A DNA stretch of 63,518 nucleotides, filler included, from Choristocarpus tenellus KU-1152 (GCA_964200185.2; 10 parts of 10 records of this genome joined end to end with filler, not necessarily neighbours in it), one strand, 5' to 3'. Shown: positions 25,843 to 47,147, counted from the first letter of the whole stretch. The notes: generated by a model not told the origin, from the letters alone. A program made the numbers and translations.

Positions 25843-28800
25843 GTAGGAAGAGACCCAACCAATAGGTATTCCAATTCGTAAAGAGAATATTGTGGGATGG
25901 GGAAAGAGAACCACTTCCCTTCCAGGATTGGTTGAAAATTTTGTTGGCAGCTGTACTTGGCCTCTCCTCGCGGAGTGGCAAGGTAGTTGTGAGTGTGTGC
26001 TTGTTTGGGGAAAGGAGAAAGGGGAATTAGCGGAGTTGTGGATATATTCAATGTGCAAGCTTTCTTGCTGAATATTACAAGAATGTAAATTCCGAATGAA
26101 CAACATGCGAATTGGTAACATAGCTGTTGTTCTGAGATCGCTGCTCACAGTAGTGATTTACCTTGTATACTACCAGAGTAGATCGGATGGAAGTACTTTA
26201 TAGGTATAGAAACTTACCCCAATGGCATTTTCCATATAGACTAGCCCTGAGTTTAGTGCCTTTCAAAGGATCTGTCCAAAAGAGGGTGACTACAGTGTTA
26301 TTTTCCAACTTGTCGTTCTTTGGACGATATACTCAAAGTACAAAGTATCTCTTGCGTTATTGTTTTGCACGAAATTGTACACCTATGTATGCATTGGCTG
26401 TCATACAGGATGCATATAACACCAGCTTGGATGCATAATCTATACAGGTGGTGTCCCTGTGGAATGTGATGGAAGTGTTGGTACATTTTTGTGTAGTACT
26501 GCTGCTGCCAACATTCTCTTGGGGATATTGTCTTCTCCTTGGAGAACCTACTCCTGTTTTTTAGTGAGCCAAATTTGAACAATATGGAACAAAAATAAAT
26601 AAACGCCTTGACGTCCTTGAGAGCCATGAATTTTTATCTGCAACTTCAAGTCGTTGACAAGGGCACCAAACACACACAAGCATATCTCAGTTTTGAGAAT
26701 GGTCAACTGATACGTTCCTTGACGTCTCTTTATTCGTTCTAGTTGTATTGTCTGTTATCGGAATGTTGGCATGTATGTATATGATCACCAACGACACCAA
26801 CTACACCAACTACAATACAATAAATATACAATAGTTCACAGAATATCCTCCATACCTGTTGGCATGTTGAAGATTGGGATGCCACAGGTTCTTGTTCAAC
26901 TATAAAAAAAAAACTGCTGTGAGCGTCATGTATGGCTCGCTATTTATTGGTGGGGAAGGGAGAGAGGGGGTGCTGGGGGAGTTTCAGTACAGATGGGAGT
27001 TTGTACTCGTCCCTCCAAATTTTGAACTACATATGGGATTAGACTCAGCTCCTAATCAACAGGATGATTGGGTGCAGCAGAAACGTCCCTGAAATAAATT
27101 AGTCATAGCGATTACAATGGGATATGATTGAATAGCCCCAACCATGTCTGCATACATACATTTACTGTAACATGTTGGTGACAGCATTATTTTTTGGTCC
27201 GTGTACATACATACATACCTACCCTTCCGCAGAGCACCTATACACACATCTATATTCTCTTTGTTTCAAATTGGTCCGTTGTACCTTTGATGTGCCCTGG
27301 TCCTGTTTATTACAATATATATACCTCAAACCCTTCTATTTAGTTTCCTGGTTGAGTTTTATACTGGCACGTATAAGTGCGAGGCCTTGAATATCACGTA
27401 TGTGTGTGATCGTGGGGTCTGTACAAACATGCCCCACATCCCCCTCCAGTACATATAACCTAGGTCATAGTTGGGTAAGGTAGTTGGGGTGACGGGTGTC
27501 ACTCCTCTCACACTCCATATCGTCACTGCACTCATGAGGATGGGGGAGAGACCAAACAACGAATTTATATTTATATTTCTCAACAAGAAGATAGAACAGA
27601 ACATCTTACTCAGAGAGGACATGGTAAGAAGAACACGTGCGTGTTAACTCCCCCCTCTCTTAACCAACTTTTGTCATATCGTTTTTTCATTGAACGAGGA
27701 CAGGGGGTGGAAAAGGTAGCATTTATTCCAATGTAGTTAGCTAGGGTGAGGGTTAAACTAGCATTGAATCAACAGAGTGCAAACACCTTCTCAAACATGA
27801 TACTTCAACAGCCCTCAAGAAGAGTGTACTCGCCTAAGCCCTATACGGAGAAGTTTCTGGCGAAATTTGAACCCTTATATGTCGACCGGTATAGCGAATT
27901 GGCTAGACCTGATACATGGTATTTTCAAGAAATTGACCACCGATATGATAGAAAGAAGTGAGTGGATGCACCCACCTTATGCGCAACATTATTCGAGGTA
28001 CTTAGTCTGCAACAGGATCCACTCGAGAAGATGCAACTTTCTGCAGGACAGTTCAGCATACAAGACAGCGATAAAATACATCCCTGGTGACAAATCGAAC
28101 TTAGAGAAGGTTCAATGGTCACAATATATCAAAATCTTTTTTGTAATGCAAAACAAGGAGACTTTACCACATCCATTCCTATATATTGGACAACCCTTCC
28201 GAGTAAAGGGCTGAGTGGAAAGTAAAGGTGAGGTCCGACGTATTGATGGTTAGATCCCTTGCTAAATGTTAGTCAGGTCGATACCTAGATTTCGAATGAT
28301 GTAAAACCGACAATCACCCCAAAAAGAGTTTATGAATGTCGAGAAAGAGACCACTGTTGGCGTTGCCGGTGCCAATGGGACTGGCAGCCCACCGTTCTGT
28401 TTGTATTTTTGTTGGTGTCTGTAAGTTAGTGATACAAAGTATTTGTAATATTTTATAAAATATTTGTTAGCGCAGTCGAGCGAACGATCAGACTCGTGAT
28501 ACAGGAGTGAATCGGCAGGATGGATGGGACTGAAAACAACTGGGAGCTACACGGTAAATATCACTTCGTTGAAAGAAAACTTTGACACACGCACAGACAC
28601 ACAATGATAATGTCACAGAGACACACATGCGCAATGGGTCGAACAATATGTCTGAGCGCCAGAGGGGTAAACATCACTCGGAGCAATACAATTTGAGTTT
28701 TGACTCAATGCACTTTGGGGGGGACGGCATTTTTCCATGTCGCGATTTTTGGGTGATTTGGTTGCATGCGTCGGATGGATAATGTAAGGTCACTTTTCTT

Positions 28801-29026
28801 GGTCAGGCCCCGAATGGACACCCTGATTTGGTTCCCTCTCCCTCCCCCCCGCCCTTATTTTTTTTTTTTATNNNNNNNNNNNNNNNNNNNNNNNNNNNNN
28901 NNNNNNNNNNNNNNNTTAATTAATTAANNNNNNNNNNNNNNNNNNNNNNNNNNNNNNNNNNNNNNNNNNNNCCCCTCCCCCTCCCCTGAGATACTTTGGG
29001 ACAAAAAAAAGAAAGACTTGTCTGAC

Positions 29027-31030
29027 CTTCGACTGAAGTCGGAATTTTGGGCCAGCAGAGTCAGCACCCAGCACCCATGCTCTCGTACCTCCTGCAGTTC
29101 AATAAATTGGCGTAGTACTCCAACTGTGAGGGCAATGCCACCAGACTTTCCTGTCCCACACATTAATAAAATAATAATTCAATAGTAATAACAATAATAA
29201 TAATAATAATGGGCAAGGCGTCGCAAAGCACTATGACAAATATATATATATATTTTGAGCGGCAACCATTTTTTTTTTCTTGCACAGAAACTCTGGTAAG
29301 AATCGGAAGAGTGAACAAAGTATCTTAGAAGTCAGAGTATCTTAGAGGGTAGAGCCGCGTCCATTTGGGGTCCAAATTCCAATGTTGCGGTTTGATGTAA
29401 TTTTGGTTATGGTATTTGTTAGGAAGTGTCAATATCCTTGTTTCAGACACACCTATTCATTACAAATACATTTTACCTACTCCGAAATATTTTGTGGAGT
29501 AGAAAAATGTCATGAAAAACCCATGGGAAGCCAGGCCCCAAACGGACAAACAGGGAAAAATTCTTACCCTAACCCTAAGATACTTTTTACTCATACAGGC
29601 CTTTCACAAGACAAGCTAAAAAAATCCTCCAAGCACCACAAGTAGCACCTGGATATTGGATGGACCAGTGCTAGGCAAGAAAAAATATAAATACTCTCCT
29701 ACCTTATCGCTAGAGCTGAGTCAAATTAGTAAATTAGTCAAATTAGTAAATTAGTCAAATTAGTCAAATTAGTCAAATTAGTCAAATTCAAGTCAAATTT
29801 GCTGTGCACCTTGACAATGCATATGTAGAACACTTTTTCTTTTATTTCATTTTCAAGTCTTTGGTGTGTTTTTTTTTATTTTCCGTTTCATCCACCAAAA
29901 CCCCCCAAAAGATCTCCCAAAAGAATGAAGTGTGTTGCCGACATATGCAGGCTGCCTGTGATAGCCGCACGGCAGTCATCCAATTTTTCCACAGTTACTG
30001 ACAGTTGCTGAGTTTCCTATTTGTCAGTCGCATTAGGGGCGATAGGATAGCCGGTTCCAGTTTATACCATTAAATGAGTGCCCATATGGAAGGTGTAGTT
30101 TATACCATTAACCCTTTCCCTCAACACACTCACACATAAACAAATGAAGCATGCAGTCCCCAACCCCCACCCTCCTCTATGCTACGAGAACCTACCCACT
30201 TCCAGGACATTCTGGTGACTCTTGGAGGTCAGCCTTGCTAACGCCTTGATGCCTGGCCTGCGCAGAAACTCCTCATCATGTTTCTCCAAGATAGTGAGGA
30301 CTGCTTTTATACCATGGTGCTCACCCACCTCAACCAGACCTTCTCCCTCTGTGAGCAAGCACAAGGGGGGGGTGACCAAGCATAGTGTTTCATAAAACTT
30401 TTCAAATGTGGAAAAGGTTGTTTGATGGGGTTATCAAGTAGGACTCAAGTAAAGTGGCTTGTGGGGTGCAAATGGAGTGATGATTAGGGTTAGGGAAGTG
30501 GGAGTAGGACTAAAGTAGGATCAGCAGGTTCGGTCATTGAGGGTTCAGTCAAGCGTTTGATAGGGAAAGTGGTCAGAGAGACAGGAGATATAGTCAAAGG
30601 CCCACTATCATTTGTGAAAGACAAAGTTGTATCGTATATTCGAAGGGGTGGACAAAGTGAGTACAGTACTATCACCTGCATATGCCCGTGGTGCTTGGGG
30701 TATAGCAGTATCCACCAGGTACCCTTCAGGATACTTTAGGGCAAGGGTTAGGGCTAGGGTAATGGCAGACCTATGAAGACCCTGATACCTGCCTTACTCA
30801 TAACTGTCCACCAAGCACGCATTGGATCTGTATTTGATGCTTGCTCTGCGCCTTCACGTGTATGTCAATGTGTTGGTCGTGTTGGCAACAGTCCAAAGGC
30901 AACAGTCCAAACCAGGTATATCTAGAGCATCGTTACCTTCTTCAGTGAGGGGTCGAACTTCCTTAGCTGCCCGTTCTCCTTCCTCCTCTTCCTTCGCCCC
31001 CGCCATGGCAGTCCCCACCACGTCTGCCAT
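29027..31030 (-). CDS. Armadillo (ARM) repeat protein, 5' part (cut by contig start)
   Basis: Exons 31030-30937, 30348-30196 and 29150-29027 are in phase. Repeats EVGEHHGIKAVLTILEKH...GIKALARLT and EVGKSGGIALTVGVLRQF...EVREHGCWVLTLLAQN fit the ARM consensus. Confidence 0.8.
29719..29799. repeat. Tandem 8-9 bp repeat (AGTCAAATT/AGTAAATT)
   Basis: Directly visible; intronic. Confidence 0.9.
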
Positions 31031-31155
31031 GCGCTTGAGACTGCGCTGATGAATCAACTTGCGATAATTTTTCTGACAGGGGGGCACATATTGAAAGACA
31101 GAGCCGTGAAGTGTGTGAGCGTGAGAAGTGATAGGTGTAAGGTAAGGGGGTATAT

Positions 31156-31260
31156 GTGTATACAGAGAGAAGTATACGTGTATACAGAGAGAAGTATACG
31201 TGTATACAGAGAGAAGTATACGTGTATACAGAGAGAAGTATACGTGTATACAGAGAGAAG
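31156..31260. repeat. Perfect 22-bp minisatellite, ~4.8 copies (GTGTATACAGAGAGAAGTATAC)
   Basis: Directly visible; 126-230 bp upstream of the ARM gene ATG. Confidence 0.95.
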
Positions 31261-31946
31261 TGTGTATCAGAGAAGTGTAAAGAGACATCCCGAGCAACAT
31301 CAACATCGATACTCCAAAGCATATAGATAAAATATCCACGGTAAGGTTGAAGGGTAGAGGAAATGGCTCCAAGAGCAGCATTCTAATCGTTCACATGCCA
31401 CTCTTAGCAACAAGGATGCCCTCACCCTGTGATCTCTTCCATGTACCTAGATGTTGGTATCGTGCTCTAGACGGTAAGCAATATTTATATATATATATGT
31501 GTGTGTGTGTGTCTGTGTGTTCTTGATGAGAAGTGTGTGCCCTTCTGTGTCCAGTATCCTGGAAGCGTTGAACCAGTTTTGAGGATGGAAGAGTGCAATA
31601 CTATGAAGAAAGAACTGTTTGCACAACAAGCATGTATGCCATGTCTTAGAACACTGATGGCGGTTTCTAATATGCCACCATGCAGTTCTGCCAATCAATA
31701 TCACCGCTTTTTAGACGTCTCCGACTGCTGGAGTTGGTCCATTTTCAGACCAGTTGTTGCTCCCCAAAACATTATTCCAAGTACTGCACATTTTGTCATG
31801 CATTCTAGCTCCACACTTACTAACCAACCTTAATCAGCTGCAGGCAAGGAAGGAGAACAGTTGCTGCAGTAGTAGGCAGACCCTGCAAAACAATGATGGA
31901 GATAACATTTATAAGTGTAGATGCAGGAGAAGAAGGAACATCCCAC

Positions 31947-34900
31947 CTTGACTTCCTTGATGCGGCCCTCTTCGATATTCTTCTTTGTGGCTGTTTGATG
32001 TCCTTGCCATTCAGCGATTTGCTGCAGGCTAGCGATCAACAAGACACCCTGGTGCGTCCAGTCCTTTCCTTTCAAACCCGTGCAGGCAGGTTAGGGTTAG
32101 GGTTAGGGGGTAAGGAGGTGATGATGGGCCATCAAAAGTTTCGTTCCGCTGTAGCAACCATCATTGCAAAATGTTTTTTGTTTTTTCTTGCCAGGGCTTA
32201 GGGTTAGGGTTAGGGTTACTTCCCTCGGATTGTTCCGTAAAAATGCCTTATTTTCCGCCCTTCGCATTGCTGCACTGTTCTGTATTACCACATTAACCTC
32301 CAATGCTGTGCCTGATACAAGTATTAACCATTTCTTTGCACGAATATGATCCAGAGCATGTCATTTGTGGCGCCTGCTCTAGAGAAAATATATTGTATTT
32401 TTTACACAGATTACGGATTAAAATAAAACATTCAAATTTTTCATGCACAAGGAGATATTTATTAATCGTGTTCTTTCGGTGCAAGATATCTACTTCTGTG
32501 AGTCCCCACTGACTACCAATATGGCTTCTGTTTGTATTATAACGACTCTAATTTCGAAGTGTATTTCACCCTGAATTATGTTGGCAGCAAGATCATATCA
32601 CATACATACATAACCCAGGGAATGTCAACCCTCCAACTCAGACAAAAGGACAACACATAAAATGATCAAGGAGAGTATCCTCTATCCTGAGGTGTCCCTA
32701 AATGCTGTCCCCCCCCCAACACAGACACACAAGTTTCTGCTCAAAGTATTTTTTTCCCTCTCCCTCTGAACGGTAGGTGTGTTTGTTATGTTCATACTAT
32801 AACTTCTTGTGTATCTGCCACACCTCAAAGGTGTGGAAAGCACACACAATTGCTGATCTGTTAGGAGCATTCTCATCCTTGGTCTCCGTCCGCCTCCTCC
32901 TCACCTTCAAACCTCCCAGTGTGAAGTGCAACTGGGATATATCTTCTTCCAGACATCTTTTTGAGGACAGGACACCCCTTGTGCATATCTTTGTCATTCC
33001 GTGGGTCTACACGATACCTCACTATGATCTGGATTACACAAAATAATAGACAGGAGAGCACAAAGTAAGGGCTTGAGAGTCACAGTGTGCTGTAGAATTA
33101 AGGGGGCATTGTAGGTTCATGTTGTGATGTGATACAGTCTTACTAATGGACCACAAAATCGAGTACAATTCTGTATAGGTGACTGGTGTGTTGCTTCTGT
33201 TGATTATGAACTGAACACACCCCTAACAGAAGTCCCATACATTGTTCCATATTAAATACAACTATTTAGGTGGCAGCTTTTTTCTCTACTGCTTATTGGG
33301 GGTATCAATCACCCTTGTTTGCGTTGTGTCAAGGAGTAGAGTGTGTCAAGGAGTAGAGTGTCTCAAGAAGTAGTAGAGTGTGTCAAGAAAGAGTAGAGTG
33401 TCGAAAAGAAGAAAATGAAGAAAGCATTGAAGAAGAGTGAGGGGTTTGGAGATGCAAACTGTACATAATATAGATACATTTGATCACACCTGTGGGATGG
33501 CCTATCAGTTGGATTGGGTCAGCAGACTGCATTTCTGTGTAACATCCCCTACGCCGTCCTTCTTCTTCTTTAGTATAAATTATTTGTTCTTACTATTGGT
33601 GCGAATTTTGCTATTTTATTTTTTATTAAATAATTAGTGAAAATATTTGCAGCATTGACATTTGAACTGCACTTGTGCAAAATCGCATAGAAGAAGCGAT
33701 TACTTTTGATGTATGACTGTAGAGTACTACTTTTGATATGTGACTGTAGAGTACTACTTTTGATGTGTGCCTGCAGAGTACTACTTTTGATGTGTGACTG
33801 TACAAACGGGAGCATTTACACACAAAGATGCAGAGGTAGGAGAAAGAATCGATAGAGAGCTATCTCATCTTAAATGGAGTAACGTTGAATCCTTGGAGCC
33901 CCCATGAGTAGATGTGGCCTCCTGCTGCTCTGAAGAGCAACTTCACACTTGTGTGGAAGTAGATATTTATTTTCTCGTCTACCATCACTGCCTCCCAAGG
34001 GGGGTTAGCTTTATTTCAGGCATGGGAACAGGGTGTCAAAGGAGCCTAAATAAACCCCCACTCCAAGATAGGAGGACTCAAAGGGAATATTTCTTACCAC
34101 TAGTATTAGCCTTTTTGTGATACCAACCAATAACGTGCTATCAACCTTTTCCTTTCAATCCTCCTACTTCTCCCTCTGTAAATTCAGTATGATAACTTGC
34201 ATACCCACTGGTCAAATGGAAAATCAGTCATACCTGGCCATCTTCTTCCTGCTCTATTGCCCACACCACAGCCTCCATGTCGACCCATGTACTACCTATC
34301 CTCTCTGGGGGCTGGTAGACAACCACTTTGTGCCCAATGCAGATAAGGTTAGGGTGTGCGTGTGTCACCTGAGGGAAAATTTGCATTGGGGTGTGCGTCT
34401 GCATGTTGTTTTTGTCCCTGGGGGCTACGCATCTTGTCCTATAGTAATTATCCTCTCTCTATCAACAGCACCAAAGCACACTGTGGTATCACCAACAAAT
34501 ACTGTTGAAGGATGTTAGCATCAACATCGTACGGCCCGGGCAACTTGACTTGTACATAAGCACAACTTGACTTGTACATGCAAAGCACTGTCCGAGCAGT
34601 GGATACTAGAGAGAGAAAATTGCCTACTTGACTCCAAAAAATTGCCAAATGCCAGAGGGTGTATCATAGAGTAATACAGTGAATTGCCCCCAAGTGTTGT
34701 AAAAGGAAAACAGGATTTGCGAAGCCAGGGACCCTGAGCAGGGGTTTTTTTGCTGGTCAATGGATGTGGATATGAGCGAGTACAACGAATACGCTGTGTT
34801 CTTCCAAGCAATATCTATATTACGTTTTTCTTCTTCCAAATCTGTTCCATTTTTTTACAGATTCTCTTTGACAGTTCAATAGAACACATAAAAGAACAGT

Positions 34901-37900
34901 AACAATACAGAATATGTAGTACAATAACAATAACTCGCTTTTCGGAATAGTAATTGGATAAACGGAGCCAAAAATTGTCGTAGACAAGGGAAGTTGTACG
35001 TTAGAGCAATAGCAATCGGGCTTGAACGCTTACTCGACATGACAGACTTTATGAAGCAGAAATGACCCCGAAGCTGTAATGGATGAATGTTCGGTATGGG
35101 TCAAATGCAACAAAAAAAAGTCGGGGAGGCAATACTAACACTCAGCGTTGCGTTATCCAACATGTGAAACTGTCAGCAACAGACCTGAGATTTATCAGGG
35201 TTCATCTTAAATAATATGTAATGTAGAACTGCAACAAGGTACTGCGCCGGGCAATACTGCATCAAACAGAAACAGGCACACATTATCCGGACTACTTGCG
35301 AAGAGGAAGATGTGCGTGTTGAAAAAACAACCAGGGTGCAAAACAGTGGTTGCACTTGCCTCTTGGTATGGATCAACCAAAAAGGGATGCATAGCTTTCC
35401 TCCCTATTTTATTCGTAGATGAGCGTTTTTCATATGTTTGTATTGTATCTCCTCCATCTGAACTATCACCATGCCTTGACTTCCTCTTGGCAAAGCTTTC
35501 AGCGTCATGCAGTGCATCTTCGTGACCATACTGTGGCTTTAGCACGTGCTCGTGTTTATCTAGCAAAACACAGCTCACCATCGCTGATGCAGAACCAGCA
35601 GTCCGTGGGTAGTCTGTTGGGGGAAAGAAGAACTCTGTCACATCTGGCGGACATTCCCACACAAGCTGTCAGGAGAGGGATCGGAATAGGAAACTCATCA
35701 GACAAGTTGGAAACTCATGAAACATACCAAAGGGCACACATGTGTTTGAGAGATGTGTTAGACATGAGTATCCCGGGTTTTTTGCTACCTGTATTGAGCC
35801 AACATAGTTGTAGTGTCTGCCCTCCTCCATTCAGAGATGCAACATTGCCATTGAAACAAATAGTGTGTTCATAAATAAAAATTAAGTAGCTAGAGAGTAC
35901 TTAGAGAGAGGGCTGTAACCACACATGTGTCCAACCTGTGGTGAAGGGATCAAGGACATCAATTTTGTGGACAAAAATATATTCAAACAAGAAGCTTCCT
36001 CACTGGCGAAGACTGCAAAGTGTCAGTGAGCTCAGGATTAAAAAGCAAAGATAACACTTTCAACCAAGTGTTGCCAGAAATACAAAATCTCCGATTGTTC
36101 CCAATAGATAAGTTATTACATATCTGAATGACACACTTTGGCGTTTGGTGTGTTCGGTCAGTGGTCAAACAAAAACGTTCCCCATCACCCTATATCTGAA
36201 TTTACCAGTGTCACCAATATGAACCGTATGATTCTGTGGTGGCGTGGTTCACTCAGGCAAGGGTGGTGAACAGAATCACCGGGCAAGACACAGACCAGAC
36301 GAACCAAGACAAATCGTAAACGACAGGACAACATTAAGGCTGGACAAGTGCAAAGACTGCCAGCAATTGCAGAAAATTGTGGAGTGATGAGCATCTCATG
36401 AGAGCAGGATGATCAGAATGTCAAGACATGACAACAAAGAGAGTCTTTGGTATTTGACATCTCTGATTGAAGAGTATCCACTACTTGCAGGGTTGATCAC
36501 TTGAAAGATCCCACTCCTCAATTATTCGAAAGACCCTCCACTGGAATCAGGGATTCCTCACAAGAAACCTCAATCAGTATGACGGTATATAACATACTTC
36601 AATTAGCCAAAGAAAACAAGAGATACCCAGTTTTTGGTCATTTTGCATTTTAAGCCAGTTTTTCAGTCTTTTGCGAATTCACCCATGTTTCTATGGATGA
36701 AGTTTTTAAGTTTGACTTGAGAGGGTTTATTGTTTATTGCTTGAAAGATTTCAATGTAATTTGGAAAATTCCTAAACGCTTTTGTAAGAAAAGAGGAATT
36801 TTGCACATATTTGTCGAGATCCTTAAAATACAACTTTGGGTACCTCTCGCTTACTTTGACTCAATAACGATATGATAGCAGATAACCCTGCTTTCCATAT
36901 CAATTGATTGCCATGGTACCTGACAACATGACATACATGGTGTAAGGTTGGTAAGGTCAAACCCTAGGAATCAGTTGATCGTACTATGTGTTTTTGATGT
37001 ACAGTATTGCATAACTAAGGACAACAATTATATGCCTAGCACAACTGTAGTGGGATAAAGTAATTGCCACTCGTAGCATTGTTTTTCGAATGTCATCCCA
37101 TACTTTCACAGCATGTAGTATCTTGGTTGCTTACAGGAAGGCATGGCACTATGAAATTGATTGGCTGGATTGTTAAAAAGTATTAATGGTCAAAATCTTC
37201 TCCATCATGAGGTCATCAGAGTTCGGAACAACTATGTACCTACCCGGGTTAGCGCCTTGTGTACTCCAACAGCAGCTTTTTCAATATAACATCGGTCGGA
37301 TTTTGCCCCAAACAATGGGTGTATGTGTGGGGGTGGGGGGCTAGTCTTGGACTTAGGCTTGGACTTAGGCTTAGGCTTAGGATTTGAGTAAAAAAATGAC
37401 AAGTCTCTCCATTATATGACCAATCCATCAAACACATGCAGGGCAGGATGAGTAAGGCACTGACCCTGATTAGAATACTGGAGGTTTGGTCAAGGTTAAC
37501 ATATGATATCATGGGTCAATTGAAGGTTCGAATAATTAAAAAGAGGCACCACAAAGAAAAGCAAACAACATGGAAGAAAGAAAGAGAAGAGACTAGAGCA
37601 CACAGCGAGAAAAGGTTCATCTAACAGGCTATTCTACCAAGGTTCAATTCCACAAGAACAGACCTAAGGTCAGATGGGACCCCCCCTCACTCGAACACAG
37701 AGAACAAAAAAAGAAAAGGAAACAAAGATCAAACAAGACCATCTATCCTATACTTCGACAATGCCAACGAAATATTTCATTCGATGTAAATAAAGACATC
37801 TTCGAATTACTGGGTTGGCTTGTTGCGTCAACTTGCCTCACACCCGTCTGCCGTGTAGAAATGGCAGGTCGCATACTGTGCTGCAAAGGCATCTGAGAAT

Positions 37901-38478
37901 GTAGACCGCGTCGAGATTACATGGAGATCTGAACGAAGACCAACAAAGAGAAATTAAAAAACAAGGACGACCAGGAGAGCAAACGGCCTGTGAGAGTGTA
38001 TTATGCCTCCTCGTTCTGTGTCCAGTGTTGTTGCATCTCTCTGCCCTGAAGTGTCAATCACTCCAGTCACGAGTATGAAAAGGTAGACGCCTAGAGTGGA
38101 TGGCACAATTATAGTAAATAGTCGTACTATTCTACTATCTTGGTCAGTGTTGTGTGTCTCGTGGCAGGTTTCGCCTTACCCACCCGAATCGTGACGAAGG
38201 CCCTTAACTAACAGTCCCACAGATCGCCAGAGCTCCTTCCCTGTGTTGAACCCTGTGTCCCTCAGAATAATTTGGCATATCGCTCCGGACTTCACTTGCG
38301 CCCCACTTCTTGAGGTTCCTGGCTTTTCCTTGGAACCGATAATATTTCGTTCAAAGTATGATTGCACATCTTCGCTTTGTTGGCCAAGTTCCAAAGCTCT
38401 CCGAGTTCGAGAGGCGTACGTATCATCGGCAGGCACATTTTGTGTTTCGTGCCCAGGACTAGCATCCTTCGAGGCCAT
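31947..38478 (-). CDS. Uncharacterised multi-exon gene
   Basis: First exon 38478-38180 (MASKDASPGHETQ...LRHDSG|GTAAG) joins in phase to an exon at ~37928-37843 (SPCNLDAVYILRCLCSTVCDLPFLHGRR). Further exon-like segments lie at ~35575-35665, ~34234-34311, ~32824-33006 and ~31947-32070. The full model is unresolved and no domain is recognised. Confidence 0.45.
33701..33803. repeat. 27-bp tandem repeat, ~3.8 copies (TACTTTTGATGTGTGACTGTAGAGTAC)
   Basis: Directly visible; no spacers. Confidence 0.92.
36615..36862. mobile_element. Dispersed MITE-like repeat related to 48411-48716
   Basis: Colinear similarity (CATTTTGCATT.TAAGCCAGTTTT...CACATATTTG...GTACCTCT...TTTGACTC) between the two loci. Confidence 0.6.
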
Positions 38479-39635
38479 TGGATTGCTCCTTGTCAAGCAC
38501 TACTCACGACCTCCTCAGTACTCATGACCGAGTACCTTGGACATACTGTGGAGTGTATCAATAGTGATCCTTCCTGTTGGTATAGTAGCTATGACTCTAT
38601 GGCTACTGATTGTGTACATTTGTTCTGTGATAAGACCAAAGAAGATGGGCTGGCACACCCTGGTAAATGAGAAAGCTGGAGCCTGCTCTGTGTCGTGCGT
38701 AGTTGTTAGTCTTTGCTTCTTAGTGATAGTGTAGATACATATCATGTGCCTGTTCGCCTGAATGAAACTGATTTTGTTTTCATGTTCTACTAAGTTGGTT
38801 AATTGGATTTATTGATATTTTCACACATTAGTTTGAAGTACACTTTCCAGTGAGGATCGAAAGGAGAAAAACAATTGATAGATAATGTCAAGAAAAAACA
38901 TACTCTACCCTCGAAGCTCTTTGCGGTCAGAAAGGGAATGCAAAAAAGACGAGGGAAAGAGATAGGATGTACTTGTTGTGTGCCAAAAGAAGGCACACCC
39001 ACCATTAAAGTGCATAGATAGAGAATATATATATTAATAAATAATAACCACAAAGAAAAGTACAATTCAAGGATCAGTTTCAGCATCAAAGACGAAAATT
39101 TGTTCAAGAAGGGGGAAATATCCCATATGCACTTCATCAGAGCATGTACAGAACCTAGATAAAATTATATTTTTTCTTCACACCTTGTTGTGGGGGTGCA
39201 TTATCGCTATCTCTCTTTTCTAAGTTGATCTCTTGCCAGAATGTTTTGGTTGCGTAGATGTATATTAGGAAGATTGCTTGAGATGTTCGAAAGTGCCCTT
39301 GTCCAATCACAACAAGCCAGCTGGACAGTGTCCGTCGTTACAAAAAAGCTCTTAGTACAATCTCGGCACCACTAAATCGAGCCGTTCCCTAACCCTTAGA
39401 AAAACGATATGATTTGAACACGGTACCCTTAGTACCCTAACCTTTAGATCAGCAGTGGCTACCGCGGCGGACCTGATGCATGCGTTTACCTTTATACATG
39501 CTCCTCTCTCGGCGTAGAGACAATAGAAATAACCCTGACCCTAACCCTTACCCTGATGATTTGGATAGAAGCACATTGCGGTGACTCCATTATTAGATGT
39601 TACGATGGGAATGACTCCTTAGTTAGGCACTCTCC

Positions 39636-46437
<6,802 letters not shown>

Positions 46438-47147
46438 TTTAGTACAGAACAAAGACTTGAGAGGTACCCACCCCCACCAACTCTCTCTAAAATTCTAAGA
46501 CAACCATACTGAGAATCACAAATTTGGATTTTCAACTTATATTCTGTGACCGTTTCATCTCTATTGGAGATTGATAATTATTAGGTTTCTGTTTCATCAG
46601 TGGTACGTCATGAGCGGGAAAAAGCTGTTGACGGTATATATATTTTGTACCGTTAAAGGTAAATAATGGGGTCATACCGCTTATCTGACAATTTAGTGTT
46701 GTTCAGAAACCCAGAAATTTCCAGATTGATCTGTGGCCAGGTGCTGAAAATCCGTCTATTTAGAAATCTCGTCGAATTTTTACGTATGTATGCAAACTCA
46801 TCGGACGTGAAGAGTTCCAGGAAAACACGCTTTTTATAACCTTAACAAGAGTTTGGGGGTATGGGGTTCCAATTTTTATTCCATTCACAATACCACAAAC
46901 CTCTACCTCAGATGTCGTTTGCTCCATCCTCGTTGACCTAAGAGGCTTAAAGGTTGATCATTCACAATTGATTGTGGAACGGTCTGAGTAGTGAGACTTG
47001 ATGCTTCTCTTTGCTTTCACTAAGATTTGCTTTTTTTGATTAACAAAATATAATTCACGAGACGTCAATAATAACTTTGGTCGCGTATGTTGTTTGGATA
47101 TGTAACTATGATAATGATATTTTTTTTTAGGGCTAATAACGTCATAA

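Noticed and set aside
35350-37845. Additional AG|GCAAGT donors in the uncharacterised gene (~35359, ~37835)
   Set aside because: No homology anchor. At ~37835 the in-phase frame is better closed by a GT donor just upstream, so these were not counted.
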